64,000 bases of DNA from Terriglobia bacterium (GCA_963695545.1 OY968796.1:2336001-2400000); one strand, 5' to 3'; counted from the first letter of the stretch, positions 33,771 to 44,799 are shown. Numbers and translations are program-made. Notes: generated from the letters alone by a model not told the origin.

Positions 33771-34607
33771 ATGCCGCCAGGCCCAGCAGCGCCGCAAGAA
33801 CGGATGCCCATCGAGGGCGTGAAGAATTTGATTGTGGTCGCCAGCGGGAAGGGCGGCGTTGGCAAAACCACGGTGGCCGTGAACCTGGCGATTGCGCTTT
33901 CGCGCATGGGTTCGGCCGTGGGCTTGCTCGACGCCGACGTATATGGGCCGAATGTGCCGCTGATGCTGGGCACGCAAGAGCAGCCGCAGGCGCTGAGCGA
34001 GCGCGAAATTCTGCCGGTGGAAGCGGGCGGCTTGAAAGTGATCTCGATGGGCCTGCTGATGCCCGGCGATAAGCCGATGATTTGGCGCGGGCCGATGTTG
34101 CACAGCGTAATTTTGCAATTTTTGCGCAGCGTGGTGTGGGGCAAACTCGATTACTTGATCGTGGATTTGCCGCCGGGCACGGGCGACGTTCATCTGACGC
34201 TGATTCAAACTGTGCCGGTGACTGGCGCGGTGGTGGTGACCACGCCGTCGGTTGTGGCGCTGGCTGACGTGCGCAAGGCGATTGAAATGTTTCGCCAGGT
34301 GAACGTGGAAATATTGGGCGTGGTCGAAAACATGAGTTATCTGGTTTGCCCACACTGCCAGGAGCGCATCGATGTTTTCGGCCAAGGCGAAGGGCGCCGC
34401 GTCGCCGAACAGTTTGGCGTGCCGCTGCTGGGCGAAATCGAAATCGATCCGAGGATTCGCATCGGCGGCGATACGGGCAAACCTGTGGCCGCGCAGGGAG
34501 AAGACGCGCCGGGCGCCGCGAGCATTTACGCCATGGCCCGCGCGGTGGCCGCGCGCGCGGAAGAAGTTCGCAGCGCGGGGGCCGGGCCGCGCGTGCAAAT
34601 CGTGTGA
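33771..34607 (+). CDS. mrp: Mrp/ApbC/NBP35-family Fe-S cluster carrier ATPase
   Basis: ASGKGGVGKTT, DADVYGP, WRGPM, DLPPGTGD, CPHC. Confidence 0.93.
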   Translation: MPPGPAAPQERMPIEGVKNLIVVASGKGGVGKTTVAVNLAIALSRMGSAVGLLDADVYGPNVPLMLGTQEQPQALSEREILPVEAGGLKVISMGLLMPGDKPMIWRGPMLHSVILQFLRSVVWGKLDYLIVDLPPGTGDVHLTLIQTVPVTGAVVVTTPSVVALADVRKAIEMFRQVNVEILGVVENMSYLVCPHCQERIDVFGQGEGRRVAEQFGVPLLGEIEIDPRIRIGGDTGKPVAAQGEDAPGAASIYAMARAVAARAEEVRSAGAGPRVQIV

Positions 34608-34651
34608 ATGCCGAAGCTTCCGCGCCACTTCGTTCAAATGTTTGCCTTCAG

Positions 34652-34667
34652 CGTTTCACGTGGAACT
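34652..34667. promoter_or_regulatory. Putative parS site
   Basis: cGTTTCACGTGGAACt, intergenic; matches the core of the TGTTNCACGTGAAACA consensus. Confidence 0.7.
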
Positions 34668-34843
34668 CCTGGTGTGCGCGTGGGCACCGAGAGCGCCGCT
34701 CGCATCGCGTCGCTGCGGCGCGATTTCTTGTCAGCCTCGAAGGCGTGTGCTAGCGTGACAATTCGAGCGATGTTTTTTCGCGCGCGGGACGCGCGTGAGT
34801 TTCCGAGTGCGCGCCGAGTTCTTCGGGTGAGCCAGGTGGCTTT

Positions 34844-35380
34844 GTGATTCGCAGCTATCGCGGGCAGTGGCCGAAGATCGCGTCGTCGGCGTACGTTGAT
34901 CCGGCGGCGACGGTGATCGGCGACGTGAGCATCGGCGAATCTTCGAGTGTGTGGCCGGGCGCAGTGATTCGCGGCGACGTGAACGTGATTCGCATTGGCT
35001 CGCGCACAAATATTCAGGACGGCGCGGTGCTGCACGTAATGCGCGAAAAATTCGGGCTTGAGTTGGGCGATAGCGTGACGGTCGGGCACGGCGCCGTGCT
35101 GCACGGCTGCCGGATCGAATCGCGCGTGCTGATCGGCATGGGCGCGATCGTGTTGAATGGCGCGCGCGTCGGAGAGGGTTCGATCATCGCCGCGGGCACG
35201 CTGGTACTCGAAGGCACGATTGTGCCGCCCGGATCGTTGTTTCTGGGACACCCCGGGAAATTTCATCGCGCGCTCACGCCGCAGGATTTGGATGGAATCG
35301 ACCGTTACGCCGCGCGTTACGTCGAGTACGCCGAGACATACAAGGCCGAAACCGCGGCCGAGGAAAGCCGGCACCAGTGA
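34844..35380 (+). CDS. Gamma-carbonic-anhydrase-family (YrdA-like) hexapeptide-repeat protein
   Basis: VIRGDVN.IRIG..TNIQDGAVLH, TVGHGAVLHGC. Confidence 0.92.
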   Translation: MIRSYRGQWPKIASSAYVDPAATVIGDVSIGESSSVWPGAVIRGDVNVIRIGSRTNIQDGAVLHVMREKFGLELGDSVTVGHGAVLHGCRIESRVLIGMGAIVLNGARVGEGSIIAAGTLVLEGTIVPPGSLFLGHPGKFHRALTPQDLDGIDRYAARYVEYAETYKAETAAEESRHQ

Positions 35381-36960
35381 AATTTCAGGCCATTAAGGGC
35401 GTGCGCGACATTTTGCCACCGGACTCCGCGCTGTGGAATCGCGTGGAGCAGACCGCGCGCGAAGTGTTTGGCACATTTCGCTTCGCCGAAATCAGGCTGC
35501 CCATTTTCGAGCAAACGCAGTTGTTCGTGCGTTCGATCGGCACGGATACCGATGTGGTCAGCAAGGAAATGTTTTCCTTCGACGAGCAGGGAGGCGGCGC
35601 GCTGCTTCGCGCTCGAGAGAACGTCAGGAATTTCATGACGCAGGGCCAACTGGATCAGCACGCTGTCGTGGTGTTTCGCGGATTTGTCGACGATTTCATC
35701 AAACGGCGTGACGAAGCGATCGCGCAGGGGGTTCTTGAAGTTGACCGCGATGCGAGCGACTTCTTTCAATACTTATTGTCGAGCGTGCGCCAGCTCGACG
35801 AGTTTGCGGCAGCGGGGCAGTGGAGCGATTCGGAATTACTGGGGATCATCAAACTCATACAGCAGGCGACGGCATATATAAGGATAGGTGAAAGCCTCAG
35901 CCTGCGACCGGAGGCCACGGCCTCAGTGGTGCGCGCCTACATCGAGCACGGGATGCAGACGCTGCCGGGCGACGTAAAACTTTATTACATCGGGCCGATG
36001 TTTCGGCGCGAGCGGCCGCAGAAGGGGCGCTACCGGCAGTTCTATCAGATCGGCGCGGAAGTGCTGGGCGCGTCGGACAATCCGCGCATCGACGCGGAAT
36101 TGATCGAGATGCTGATGACGTTTCTCGATCGCTTGGAGCTTGTGGGCGCGAAGCTGGCGATCAATTCGATTGGGTGCCAACAATGCCGGCCCGCGTACGT
36201 GGAAACATTGCGCGCGGCGCTGCGCAAGGTGAAAGATCGCCTGGGCGCGGATAGCCAGCGGCGCATCGAGACGAATCCGCTGCGCGTTCTCGATTCGAAG
36301 CTGCCGGAAGAGCAGGGAATTATCGAGACGCTGCCGCGCATCGCCGACCATCTGTGCGCGGATTGCCGCGAGCACTTCGCGCAATTGCAAGAACAATTGA
36401 AACTGCGCGGCATCGCTTGCGAAATTAATTGGCGCCTGGTGCGAGGACTCGACTACTACACGCGCACGACGTTTGAGATCACCGCGCCGGGGCTCGGTTC
36501 GCAAGACGCGATTTGCGGCGGCGGACGCTATGACGGGTTGGTCGAGCTGCTGGGCGGTCCGCCGACCAAGGGGATCGGCTTCGCGATCGGAACGGACCGG
36601 ATGATTTTGTCTTTGCAAGAATCGAAAAAGGCCGATGGGGTTGCACGGCTGGACGTGTGTTTCGTGTGGTTCGGCGCGGCGACGTATCCGGTTGCCGCGA
36701 AACTCGCCGCGAAGTTACGCGCCGACGGGTTCCGCGTAGAATTGCCGAGCGAAGAAATGAAATTCAAAAAAGCGCTGAGCCTGGCGGATCGGCTGGGCGC
36801 GCGCCATGCGATTATCGTTGGCGAGGACGAATTGGCCGCGGGCGTGTTCACGATCAAGCGCCTGGCGGACGGCACGCAGCAAAAGCTCGGCGAATCGGAG
36901 TTGCTGACGTATCTTTCTTCTGATCGGGCTTCAAATCGGGCTTCTGAGCGGGGCGCTTGA
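35377..36960 (+). CDS. hisS: Histidine--tRNA ligase with ~100-aa insertion
   Basis: KEMF, LRPEATA, FRRERPQKGRYRQFYQ, LVRGLDYY, GGGRYDGL. Confidence 0.97.
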   Translation: MKFQAIKGVRDILPPDSALWNRVEQTAREVFGTFRFAEIRLPIFEQTQLFVRSIGTDTDVVSKEMFSFDEQGGGALLRARENVRNFMTQGQLDQHAVVVFRGFVDDFIKRRDEAIAQGVLEVDRDASDFFQYLLSSVRQLDEFAAAGQWSDSELLGIIKLIQQATAYIRIGESLSLRPEATASVVRAYIEHGMQTLPGDVKLYYIGPMFRRERPQKGRYRQFYQIGAEVLGASDNPRIDAELIEMLMTFLDRLELVGAKLAINSIGCQQCRPAYVETLRAALRKVKDRLGADSQRRIETNPLRVLDSKLPEEQGIIETLPRIADHLCADCREHFAQLQEQLKLRGIACEINWRLVRGLDYYTRTTFEITAPGLGSQDAICGGGRYDGLVELLGGPPTKGIGFAIGTDRMILSLQESKKADGVARLDVCFVWFGAATYPVAAKLAAKLRADGFRVELPSEEMKFKKALSLADRLGARHAIIVGEDELAAGVFTIKRLADGTQQKLGESELLTYLSSDRASNRASERGA

Positions 36961-36962
36961 CG

Positions 36963-38750
36963 ATGCAACTCGACGCATTGGGAGATTGGCAGCGCACAAA
37001 TTCTTGCGGAGATCTGCGCGCGGCGGACGTCGATCGCGAAGTGACGCTGACGGGGTGGGTGCATCGGCGCCGCGATTTGGGGCAACTGATTTTTCTCGAT
37101 GTGCGCGATCGCTCGGGAATCGCGCAGGTGGTTTTCAATAAAGAGCAAAATCCGGCGGCGCACGCTCGCGCGGAGGAAGTGCGCGGGGAATACGTGGTCG
37201 CCGCGCGCGGACGCGTGGTGGCGCGGCAAAAGGCCAATCCGGATTTGGCGTCCGGCGAAATCGAAGTGATCGGCGGCGAGTTGCGCTTGTTGAACACGGC
37301 GAAAACGCCGCCGTTCATGATCGAAGACGAAGTGAGCGCGAGCGAAGAGACGCGCTTGCGCTACCGCTATCTCGATTTACGGCGCACCCGGCCGAAAGAC
37401 AATATCGCGCTGCGGCATCGCGTGCTGCTCGAAATACGCCGCACGCTCGATGAGCTTGGCTTCTACGAAATCGAAACGCCGATGCTCACGCGCTCGACTC
37501 CGGAGGGCGCGCGCGATTATCTGGTGCCGAGTCGCGTGCATCGCGGGCATTTTTACGCGCTGCCGCAATCGCCGCAGATTTTTAAACAAATTCTGATGAT
37601 CGCCGGAATGGAGCGCTATTTTCAGATTGTGCGCTGCTTCCGCGACGAAGATTTGCGCGCGGATCGCCAGCCGGAATTCACGCAACTCGATTTCGAGATG
37701 TCGTTTCCCACGCAGGACGCGATCTTCAGCGTGATCGAGCGCGTGATGGAGCGCGTGTGCGCCGCGGCGGGAGTCGAGGTACACGGGCCGTTTCCGCGTC
37801 TTGAATATCGCGAGGCCATGCGGCGCTTTGGTTCCGACAAGCCCGACATGCGCTTCGGAATGGAACTGCGCGACGTTACTTCGCACTTTGCGGCGGCGCA
37901 AGCGAAGCTGGGCTTCGCGGGGAGCGTGCAAGCGATCGCTGCACCCGGCGGCGCGGCGCTTTCGCGGAAACAGCTCGACGAATTGACCGAGCGCGCGAAA
38001 TCGCTCGGCGCTTCGGGCGTGTATACGATTAAGCTGACGCCGGAAGGCGCCGCTGCGTCGTCGCTTGAAAAGGCGCTGGGAGCTGACACGGTGCGCGCGA
38101 TCGCCGCGGCAGCCGGCGCGAAGGCGGGCGATCTTGTAGTGGCCGTGGCCGCGAAAGAGCAGATTCCTGGGACGGACGCCGCAGCGCTCGTCGCCGGTCA
38201 ATTGCGTTTGCATTTGGGCGAAAAGCTGGCGCTCGTGCCGGCGGACCAATGGAAATTCACGTGGATCACGGGCTTTGCGCTGTTTGAATGGAGCGAAACG
38301 GAGAAGCGCGTGGTGAGCGCGCAGCACCCGTTCACCGGCATCGTCGAGGAGGATTTGCCGAAGCTCGAGGATCCTTCCGACTCCGTGCGGCTCTCGATGC
38401 GCTCGAAGGGCTACGATCTCGTGCTGAATGGCGTCGAGCTCGGCTCGGGCAGCATTCGGATTCACCAGCAGGAAGTGCAGCAGCGGCTGTTTCGCGCGCT
38501 CGGACTTTCCGACGAACAGCAGCGCGCCCGGTTCGGGTTTTTCCTCGATGCGCTGACGTACGGCACGCCTCCGCACGGTGGCATCGCGCTCGGCCTTGAT
38601 CGCGTGGTGGCGCTGCTCGCGGGCGAAAAATCCATTCGCGAGGTGATCGCGTTTCCGAAAACCGCGAGCGCGCAGGACTTGATGGCCGACGCGCCCAGCA
38701 CGGTCAGCCGCGATCAACTCGATGACCTGGGAATCGCGGTGAAGGAATGA
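36963..38750 (+). CDS. aspS: Aspartate--tRNA ligase
   Basis: RYRYLDLR, STPEGARD, FRDEDLRADRQPEFTQ, PPHGGIALGLDR. Confidence 0.98.
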   Translation: MQLDALGDWQRTNSCGDLRAADVDREVTLTGWVHRRRDLGQLIFLDVRDRSGIAQVVFNKEQNPAAHARAEEVRGEYVVAARGRVVARQKANPDLASGEIEVIGGELRLLNTAKTPPFMIEDEVSASEETRLRYRYLDLRRTRPKDNIALRHRVLLEIRRTLDELGFYEIETPMLTRSTPEGARDYLVPSRVHRGHFYALPQSPQIFKQILMIAGMERYFQIVRCFRDEDLRADRQPEFTQLDFEMSFPTQDAIFSVIERVMERVCAAAGVEVHGPFPRLEYREAMRRFGSDKPDMRFGMELRDVTSHFAAAQAKLGFAGSVQAIAAPGGAALSRKQLDELTERAKSLGASGVYTIKLTPEGAAASSLEKALGADTVRAIAAAAGAKAGDLVVAVAAKEQIPGTDAAALVAGQLRLHLGEKLALVPADQWKFTWITGFALFEWSETEKRVVSAQHPFTGIVEEDLPKLEDPSDSVRLSMRSKGYDLVLNGVELGSGSIRIHQQEVQQRLFRALGLSDEQQRARFGFFLDALTYGTPPHGGIALGLDRVVALLAGEKSIREVIAFPKTASAQDLMADAPSTVSRDQLDDLGIAVKE

Positions 38751-40726
38751 GTCGCGTTCGCATCCTGCCGGAAGCTGTCGCGAATCGCATCGCGGCTGGG
38801 GAAGTTGTGGAGCGGCCGGCGTCGGTGGTGAAGGAGCTGGTCGAGAACGCGCTTGACGCAGGCGCGAGCGAAGTGCGCGTCGAAGCCGAATCCGGCGGCA
38901 AGCGCATGATTCGCGTTTCGGACGACGGCGGCGGCATGGCGCACGACGACGCGCTGCTGGCGTTCGAGCGCCACGCCACATCGAAGCTGCGCACGTCCGA
39001 CGACTTGCTCTCCATCGCCACGCTCGGGTTTCGCGGAGAAGCGCTGCCATCGATCGCGTCGGTTTCGCGGCTGCTGCTCGAAACGCGCGCCGCCGAAGAA
39101 GCCGAGGGAACGCGCATCGAATTTGCCGGCGGGAAATTGATCGGCGTGAAACCGATGGGCGCGCCGGTGGGCACCACGGTCAGCGTGGCGGATTTGTTTT
39201 ATTGCGTGCCGGCGCGGAGAAAATTCCTGAAGTCGGAATCGACCGAGCTGGGCCACATCGCTTCGCTCGTCACGCACTACGCCCTGGCGCATCCGGGCCG
39301 CCACTTCGTGCTCAAAACGCCGACGCAGGAAATCGTGAACGTTCCGCCGGCCGCGAATTTGTCCGACCGCGTCTATCAACTCTTTGGCCGGCAAGCGCTC
39401 GAGGAATTGCTCGAGCTGCCCACAGCGACGGCGCCGTTGCGCGCCGCGATCACAGAGCCCGAGCTCGAGCCCGCCGAGCGCGCGTCGCAACTTTCCGTCG
39501 GCGGATTTGTTTCGCGTCCGGAAGTGCAGCGCGCGAATCGCAATAGCATCTACATTTTCGTCAATCGGCGTCTGGTGCGCGATCGCGTGATTCTGCACGC
39601 GATCCACGAGGCCTATCGCAATTTGATGCCGGGCTATTCGTTTCCGTCCGTGCTCTTGTTTTTGGATTTGCCCGCAGAAGAAGTGGATGTGAACGTGCAC
39701 CCGGCCAAAATCGAAGTTCGCTTCCGCCATCCGGCGTTTGTGCACGATTTCGCGCGCGACGTAATTCGCCAAGCGCTTGTCGCGGCGAAACCGATTGCTG
39801 ATTTTCCGCAGTCTTCTGCGTATGCGCCTGGCGCTCCGGACAGCGCCGAGGCATTTCGAGCCGCGGCCGGTGCAGCGGGTGATTCCGCGGCGTCCGGAGC
39901 TCCTCGCGCGGTGATCCCGCCTCTTGGGCCGCTCGGTGACGCAGGACTTGCCGAAGAATTTCAGTTGAGCGTGGCGCCGTCCGAGCCCGTCCCGCAGCGC
40001 TTTGAATTCGGCACGCCTGGAAATTCCGCCGCAGCCGCGGCCCTTGGCGCGTTCGGCGCCGAAGCGGCCATGCAACCGGCCGTTTTTGCCGAACATTTTC
40101 GCGAAGTCGCGGCGCAACGCGCGGACGCGCCGGCGAACGCGCACAGCATCGGCGCGCTCAAGCCGCTGGGCCAGGTGAATTCGAGTTTCATCGTGGCCGT
40201 AAACGGCGAAGGATTGTGGATCATCGATCAGCACGTGGCGCACGAGCGCATTTTATTCGAGCAGCATCTGAAAGCGCGGCGCGAAGGCGCGCTCACGGGG
40301 CAGCGTCTGCTCGTGCCGATCGTGGCGGAACTTTCGCCGGGGCAACTTGCGATTTTCGAGCGCATCGCCGAGGAGCTTTCGGCCAACGGCTTTGACGCCG
40401 CGATGATGGGCCCGCGCACCGTGGCTATCCAAGCGGCGCCCGCCGGAATCGCCAGCGCCGACGCCGAGCGGCTTCTGCTCGAGATTCTGGACGGCATCGA
40501 GCGCGAAGACGCCGGCATCTCGATCGATTCGCTGCAAGAAAAAATCGCCGCGTCGACCGCGTGCCGCGCCGCGATCAAAATCAACATGGCGCTCGATCAA
40601 ACCAAGATGGAATGGCTGCTCGACGAATTGGCGCGCACCGAAGCGCCGATGAGCTGCCCGCACGGCCGGCCGATCGTGTTGCGCTATTCGACGCGCGAAA
40701 TCGAGCGCGCTTTCAAGCGCATTTGA
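38747..40726 (+). CDS. mutL: DNA mismatch repair protein MutL
   Basis: IAAGEVVERPASVVKELVEN, GFRGEAL, DQHVAHER, CPHGRP. Confidence 0.98.
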   Translation: MSRVRILPEAVANRIAAGEVVERPASVVKELVENALDAGASEVRVEAESGGKRMIRVSDDGGGMAHDDALLAFERHATSKLRTSDDLLSIATLGFRGEALPSIASVSRLLLETRAAEEAEGTRIEFAGGKLIGVKPMGAPVGTTVSVADLFYCVPARRKFLKSESTELGHIASLVTHYALAHPGRHFVLKTPTQEIVNVPPAANLSDRVYQLFGRQALEELLELPTATAPLRAAITEPELEPAERASQLSVGGFVSRPEVQRANRNSIYIFVNRRLVRDRVILHAIHEAYRNLMPGYSFPSVLLFLDLPAEEVDVNVHPAKIEVRFRHPAFVHDFARDVIRQALVAAKPIADFPQSSAYAPGAPDSAEAFRAAAGAAGDSAASGAPRAVIPPLGPLGDAGLAEEFQLSVAPSEPVPQRFEFGTPGNSAAAAALGAFGAEAAMQPAVFAEHFREVAAQRADAPANAHSIGALKPLGQVNSSFIVAVNGEGLWIIDQHVAHERILFEQHLKARREGALTGQRLLVPIVAELSPGQLAIFERIAEELSANGFDAAMMGPRTVAIQAAPAGIASADAERLLLEILDGIEREDAGISIDSLQEKIAASTACRAAIKINMALDQTKMEWLLDELARTEAPMSCPHGRPIVLRYSTREIERAFKRI

Positions 40727-40756
40727 AGCCGTCCGTCGGACGAAGACCTTGGCAAA

Positions 40757-41470
40757 TTGACCGTGCGCAAACTGATCATCGCGATCGATGGGCCCGTGGG
40801 TTCCGGCAAAAGCACGGTGGCGCGGGGCGTGGCCGAATCGCTGGGCTATTCCTATCTCGATAGCGGAGCGATGTATCGCGCGCTCGCGCTCGCCGCGCTG
40901 CGCGCGGGAGTTTCGCTCGCCGATCCGGCGGCGCTCGAGCGTCTGACCGAAGCGACGCGCATCGATTTTGAACGGCATCCCGACGGCCAGCGCGTGCGGC
41001 TGCACGGCGAAGACGTGACCGACGCCATCCGCGCGCAGGAAATCTCATACGCGGCGTCGAAAGTGGCGGCGCTTGCGGGTGTGCGGCGCGTGCTCGTGGC
41101 CGAGCAACGGCGCGCGGGCGCAGGCGGCGCCGTGGTGATGGAGGGGCGCGATATCGGCACGGTCGTCTTTCCTGGCGCCGAACTCAAGATTTTTCTCGAC
41201 GCTTCGCTCGAAGTTCGCGCTCGTCGCCGCTGGCTGCAGCAGCAGGAAAAGCACGAGCCCGCGATTTTCGAGCAAACGCTGGTCGAGACGCGCGAGCGCG
41301 ATCAGCGCGATCGCGAGCGTGTGACCTCGCCGCTGGTGCGCGCCGCGGACGCGGTGCTCGTCGACAACACTGCGATGGACGCCGGCGAAACCGCGCGTTT
41401 AATCGTTATGCTCGCGCGCGAGCGCGAAAACAGCGAGAGCGCGGCTCCAGGCGCTGCCGTTCGTCCGTAG
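40757..41470 (+). CDS. cmk: Cytidylate kinase
   Basis: IAIDGPVGSGKST, DSGAMYR, MEGRDIGTVVFP. Confidence 0.96.
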   Translation: MTVRKLIIAIDGPVGSGKSTVARGVAESLGYSYLDSGAMYRALALAALRAGVSLADPAALERLTEATRIDFERHPDGQRVRLHGEDVTDAIRAQEISYAASKVAALAGVRRVLVAEQRRAGAGGAVVMEGRDIGTVVFPGAELKIFLDASLEVRARRRWLQQQEKHEPAIFEQTLVETRERDQRDRERVTSPLVRAADAVLVDNTAMDAGETARLIVMLARERENSESAAPGAAVRP

Positions 41471-41584
41471 CGCGGCTCGCAGAGATGTCGCTGCGCAGCC
41501 GCGGCCATTTGAATTTGGCGTCATTAGTCATTATTTGTCCGCGACTCGTTTAGGCACGGGCACTTCGCGCAGGAGGTTGAACTA

Positions 41585-43438
41585 ATGAACCGAATCCTTT
41601 CTGCCGCTCTTCTACTTTCGTGTCTCGCCCTATTCCCACGATCCGCGCGCGCGCAAAATGCCGCGGCCAGCGGCTCGCAGAACGAGTCCGCACGCCTGAA
41701 GCAATTCTTCGCCGACGATTGGAAATACTGGATGGCGGCGTATCCCGAATTCGCTACGGCTGTCGGTGTTCCAGGCTACAACGACCGTTGGACCGACGAA
41801 TCGCCCGACGCGGTGGCCGCGCGCTACGCGCACGTGCAAGCCGCGCTCGGGATGCTTGCGAGCTTCGACCGCTCCGCGCTCAATCCCGAAGATCAGCTCA
41901 GCTACGATCTTTACCATCGCGCGCTATCGGACGCGGCCGAAGGCTACCATTTCGGCTACGAGGCCAATCCGTTCGCTTCCGTGAGCCAATCGAGCTGGAT
42001 TCGGCCAGTGGATCAGATGGACGGTCCGCAGGAGAACATGCTGCAAGTAATCGCCTTGATGCCCACCGAGCGCGCCGACGATTACGAAAATATTGTGAAG
42101 CGGCTGCGCGGCGTCCCGGCGGTGATCGATCAAACCATCGCGCAGATGCAGGAGGGATTGAAGCAGCGCAACACTCCGCCGAAGATCGTGATGCGCGATG
42201 TTCCGAAGCAAGTGAGCGATCAGATCGTGGACGATCCCGACAAAAGCCCGCTGCTCGCCGCGTTTCTCCATTTTCCTGAAACTGTTCCCGCGGCCGATCA
42301 GCAGCGATTGCATGACGAAGCGCGAGCTGCCTATCGCGACGATTTCGTGCCGGCCTTTCAGAAGCTTCACGATTTCCTGGTGAGCGACTACATTCCGCAC
42401 TGCGTGGACACCATCGCGATCAGCGATCTTCCCGACGGTGCGGCCAACTACGCATTCAATGTTCACTGGCACACCACGACGGATTTGACTCCGCAGCAAA
42501 TTCACCAGATCGGCCTCGCCGAAGTGGAGCGCATCCAGGCCTTGATGCAGCAAGTGATGGTCCAGACGGGATTCCACGGCACGATGCAGGACTTTTTCCA
42601 CTTCCTCGAATCCGATCCGCAATTTTTCTTCACCAAGCCTGAAGACTTGCTGATGACCTACCGCGACCTCGACAAGCGCATCGATCCGCAATTGCCGCGC
42701 ATTATCGGCACACTTCCGCGCCTCACCTACGGCGTGCAACCCGTGCCGGATGCGATCGCGCCATCGCAAACTTCGGCCTACTACCAGCCGGGCTCACCGC
42801 AGGCCGGGCGCCCTGGCTGGTTCTACGTCAACACCTACGATTTGCCGCACCGACCGAAATGGGAGATGGAATCGCTCGCCCTGCATGAATCCGTGCCGGG
42901 CCATCATCTGCAGCTTTCGATCCAGGCAGAGATGCAAGGTCTGCCGGACTTCCGCACGCAGATTGAATACACGGCGTACGTGGAAGGATGGGCGCTGTAC
43001 TGCGAAACGATGGGTTCGGAGCTGGGTCTCTACACCGATCCCTACCAGAAGTTCGGCCAGCTGGCGAACGAAATGTGGCGCGCGGTGCGCCTGGTGGTGG
43101 ACACGGGCATTCATTCCGAAGGCTGGACGCGCGATCAAGCCATCCAATATTTCCACGACAACACCAGCATCTCCGAGCACAACGCCACTGTCGAAGTCGA
43201 TCGCTACATCGTTTGGCCGGGTCAGGCGCTGGGATACAAGATCGGCCAGATGGAAATTCGCCGCTTGCGCACCGAAGCCGAGCAACAATTGGGCGCGCGC
43301 TTTGACGAGCGCGCGTTTCACGACGCGGTGCTGGACGAAGGCGCTCTGCCGATGGATGTGCTCGCAGCGCGAATTCACGCCTGGATCGCGGCCGAGCAGG
43401 CCAAGCCGGCTGCGCCCGCGACGAACGCGACGAATTAG
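41585..43438 (+). CDS. Secreted DUF885-family protein
   Basis: Signal peptide; HESVPGHHLQ, EGWALY, EVDRY..WPGQALGYKIG. Confidence 0.9.
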   Translation: MNRILSAALLLSCLALFPRSARAQNAAASGSQNESARLKQFFADDWKYWMAAYPEFATAVGVPGYNDRWTDESPDAVAARYAHVQAALGMLASFDRSALNPEDQLSYDLYHRALSDAAEGYHFGYEANPFASVSQSSWIRPVDQMDGPQENMLQVIALMPTERADDYENIVKRLRGVPAVIDQTIAQMQEGLKQRNTPPKIVMRDVPKQVSDQIVDDPDKSPLLAAFLHFPETVPAADQQRLHDEARAAYRDDFVPAFQKLHDFLVSDYIPHCVDTIAISDLPDGAANYAFNVHWHTTTDLTPQQIHQIGLAEVERIQALMQQVMVQTGFHGTMQDFFHFLESDPQFFFTKPEDLLMTYRDLDKRIDPQLPRIIGTLPRLTYGVQPVPDAIAPSQTSAYYQPGSPQAGRPGWFYVNTYDLPHRPKWEMESLALHESVPGHHLQLSIQAEMQGLPDFRTQIEYTAYVEGWALYCETMGSELGLYTDPYQKFGQLANEMWRAVRLVVDTGIHSEGWTRDQAIQYFHDNTSISEHNATVEVDRYIVWPGQALGYKIGQMEIRRLRTEAEQQLGARFDERAFHDAVLDEGALPMDVLAARIHAWIAAEQAKPAAPATNATN

Positions 43439-43487
43439 AAATGCGCCGGGATTTGAGTGATGTCGTGCGGTTACGCGGGGCCCGAAG

Positions 43488-44747
43488 CTAGCTCGGGCTC
43501 GACATAGAGGCGAGAAATTCGGCGTTGGACTTGGTCTTCACCAGCCGGCCTAGCAGCAATTCCATGGCTTCAACGGGCGAGAGCGGATTGAGCACCTTGC
43601 GCAGCACCCACACGCGATTTAGTTCGTCGGGCGGCATCAACAATTCTTCCTTGCGCGTTCCGGAGCGATTGATATCGATCGCGGGGAAAATGCGTTTATC
43701 CACCAGCCGCCGGTCGAGATTGATTTCCATGTTGCCGGTGCCCTTGAACTCTTCAAAGATCACGTCGTCCATGCGGCTGCCGGTGTCAATCAGAGCGGTC
43801 GCCATGATCGTGAGCGAGCCGCCTTCTTCGATATTGCGCGCCGCGGCAAAGAACCGGCGCGGGCGCTGCAATGCATTGGCGTCGATACCGCCCGAAAGCA
43901 CTTTGCCCGAAGGCGGCGTGACGGCGTTGTAGGCGCGCGCGAGACGCGTCACCGAATCGAGCAGAATCACCACGTCGCGTTTGTGCTCCACCAGGCGCTT
44001 GGCTTTTTCGAGGACCATTTCCGCAACTTGAATGTGACGCTGCGGCGGTTCATCGAACGTGGAGCTGATCACTTCGCCCTTCACCGTGCGCTGCATGTCC
44101 GTGACTTCTTCCGGCCGCTCGTCGATCAGCAGCACGATTAGCGCGACTTCAGGGTGATTCGTGGTGATCGAATTCGCGATGGATTGCAGCATCATGGTTT
44201 TGCCGGTGCGCGGCGGCGCGACGATCAAACCGCGCTGGCCCTTGCCCACCGGGCACAGCAAATCCAGCACGCGCCCCGTCAGCACATCCTTGCCGACTTC
44301 CATTTTCAAGCGACCTTGCGGATAAAGCGGCGTCAGATTGTCGAAGAAAATCTTATTGCGCGCGACCTCGGGATCTTCAAAGTTGATGGCTTCGACTTTG
44401 ATCAGCGCGAAATAGCGCTCGCCGTCTTTCGGCGGACGCACCTGCCCGGAGACAGTGTCGCCGGTACGCAGATCGAACTTGCGGATTTGCGACGGCGAGA
44501 CGTAGATGTCGTCGGGTCCCGGCAGATAGTTGTATTCCGGCGCGCGCAGGAAGCCGAAGCCGTCGGGCAGGCATTCGAGCACGCCTTCGGAAAAGATCAA
44601 TCCATTCTTCTCCGTTTGCGCGCGGAGGATCTGGAAGATCAGCTCCTGTTTGCGCATGCCGCTGGCGCCGGGGATCGCCAAATCCTTGGCGATCTTCGCC
44701 AGGTCGGTGATGTTTTTCTCTTTCAGTTCAGCCAGGCTAATACTCAT
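43488..44747 (-). CDS. rho: Transcription termination factor Rho
   Basis: [44 protein letters not shown]. Confidence 0.98.
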   Translation of the reverse strand: MSISLAELKEKNITDLAKIAKDLAIPGASGMRKQELIFQILRAQTEKNGLIFSEGVLECLPDGFGFLRAPEYNYLPGPDDIYVSPSQIRKFDLRTGDTVSGQVRPPKDGERYFALIKVEAINFEDPEVARNKIFFDNLTPLYPQGRLKMEVGKDVLTGRVLDLLCPVGKGQRGLIVAPPRTGKTMMLQSIANSITTNHPEVALIVLLIDERPEEVTDMQRTVKGEVISSTFDEPPQRHIQVAEMVLEKAKRLVEHKRDVVILLDSVTRLARAYNAVTPPSGKVLSGGIDANALQRPRRFFAAARNIEEGGSLTIMATALIDTGSRMDDVIFEEFKGTGNMEINLDRRLVDKRIFPAIDINRSGTRKEELLMPPDELNRVWVLRKVLNPLSPVEAMELLLGRLVKTKSNAEFLASMSSPS

Positions 44748-44761
44748 CGTTTTGGTTCCTT

Positions 44762-44799
44762 GTTCTTGTGGCGTTGGTTTTGGTTCTTGTGGCGTTGGT
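44762..44799. repeat. Two 17-bp direct repeats (21-bp period) immediately upstream of rho
   Basis: GTTCTTGTGGCGTTGGT at 44762 and 44783. Confidence 0.85.
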
